A DNA stretch of 64,000 nucleotides from an uncultured candidate division Zixibacteria bacterium (GTDB lineage: Bacteria; Zixibacteria; MSB-5A5; GN15; FEB-12), in contig CAWDXE010000007.1 in the NCBI GenBank assembly GCA_963806185.1, forward strand, positions 224,001 to 288,000, in the 5' to 3' direction. Both the position numbers and the translations under genes were made by a program. This document shows, piece by piece, positions 63,787 to 64,000 of this stretch. The notes beneath the pieces are model-generated. The model was not told the origin of the DNA. It made no database searches and saw only the letters and a program-made list of their open reading frames with translations. The stretch's first letter is position 1, and every line of letters begins with the position of its first letter.

Positions 63787-64000
63787 ATGCGATACGAACT
63801 GAAGCGAATTCCCCTCTGGCCGTTTATCAAGGTCGCGTTCTTTATCAATCTCTTGATCGGCTTTGTTTTCGGCCTCTTTTATTCCCCGATCGTGAGCGTC
63901 ATCATGATGGTCCTCACCGCCACGCCGTATCTGGGTTCAGCCGGCGTGGAATCGGCCCCGGCGTCGTGGGGAATGTTGTTGTTTACCATTCCGTTCATTT
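63787..64000 (+). CDS. Membrane protein, DUF3566-like (partial)
   Basis: My translation: MRYELKRIPLWPFIKVAFFINLLIGFVFGLFY...; open to the window end. Confidence 0.55.
   Translation, partial: MRYELKRIPLWPFIKVAFFINLLIGFVFGLFYSPIVSVIMMVLTATPYLGSAGVESAPASWGMLLFTIPFI

Overview
A 64-kb, GC-rich (about 55-60% by eye) chromosomal segment from a diderm bacterium. It has a complete tol-pal operon. Dockerin-tailed and cohesin-like secreted proteins suggest a Zixibacteria/FCB-like lineage (inference only). From left to right the window holds: a cohesin-like secreted protein; an archaeal-type HMG-CoA synthase/thiolase/DUF35 operon whose DUF35 protein has lost its four Zn-ligand Cys; a lower-GC lipoprotein plus dockerin-metalloprotease pair; an atuA-liuB-liuC-liuD(split) cluster; a thiolase-hbd-2x acyl-CoA dehydrogenase operon; a sigma54 two-component system facing a YHS protein; a double-domain vanadium haloperoxidase-like protein; a PEP-CTERM gene; rdgB, ligA and tol-pal; a GlmL-like ASKHA ATPase operon with no glutamate mutase; a YfiR plus CHASE8-type chemoreceptor pair; a fibre-like secreted protein; then ppdK and an ADP-forming acyl-CoA synthetase. 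The standout is an 11.2-kb run (46474-57673) of three tandem, diverged copies of a four-gene membrane module (DUF6754-like/Fn3 protein plus three other membrane proteins). It looks like an uncharacterised multi-subunit transporter or sensor, possibly powered by the nearby orphan GlmL-like ATPase and its partner. Many genes, including essential ligA, carry frameshifts that are most likely long-read sequencing errors. Family assignments come from motif recognition, not database searches.
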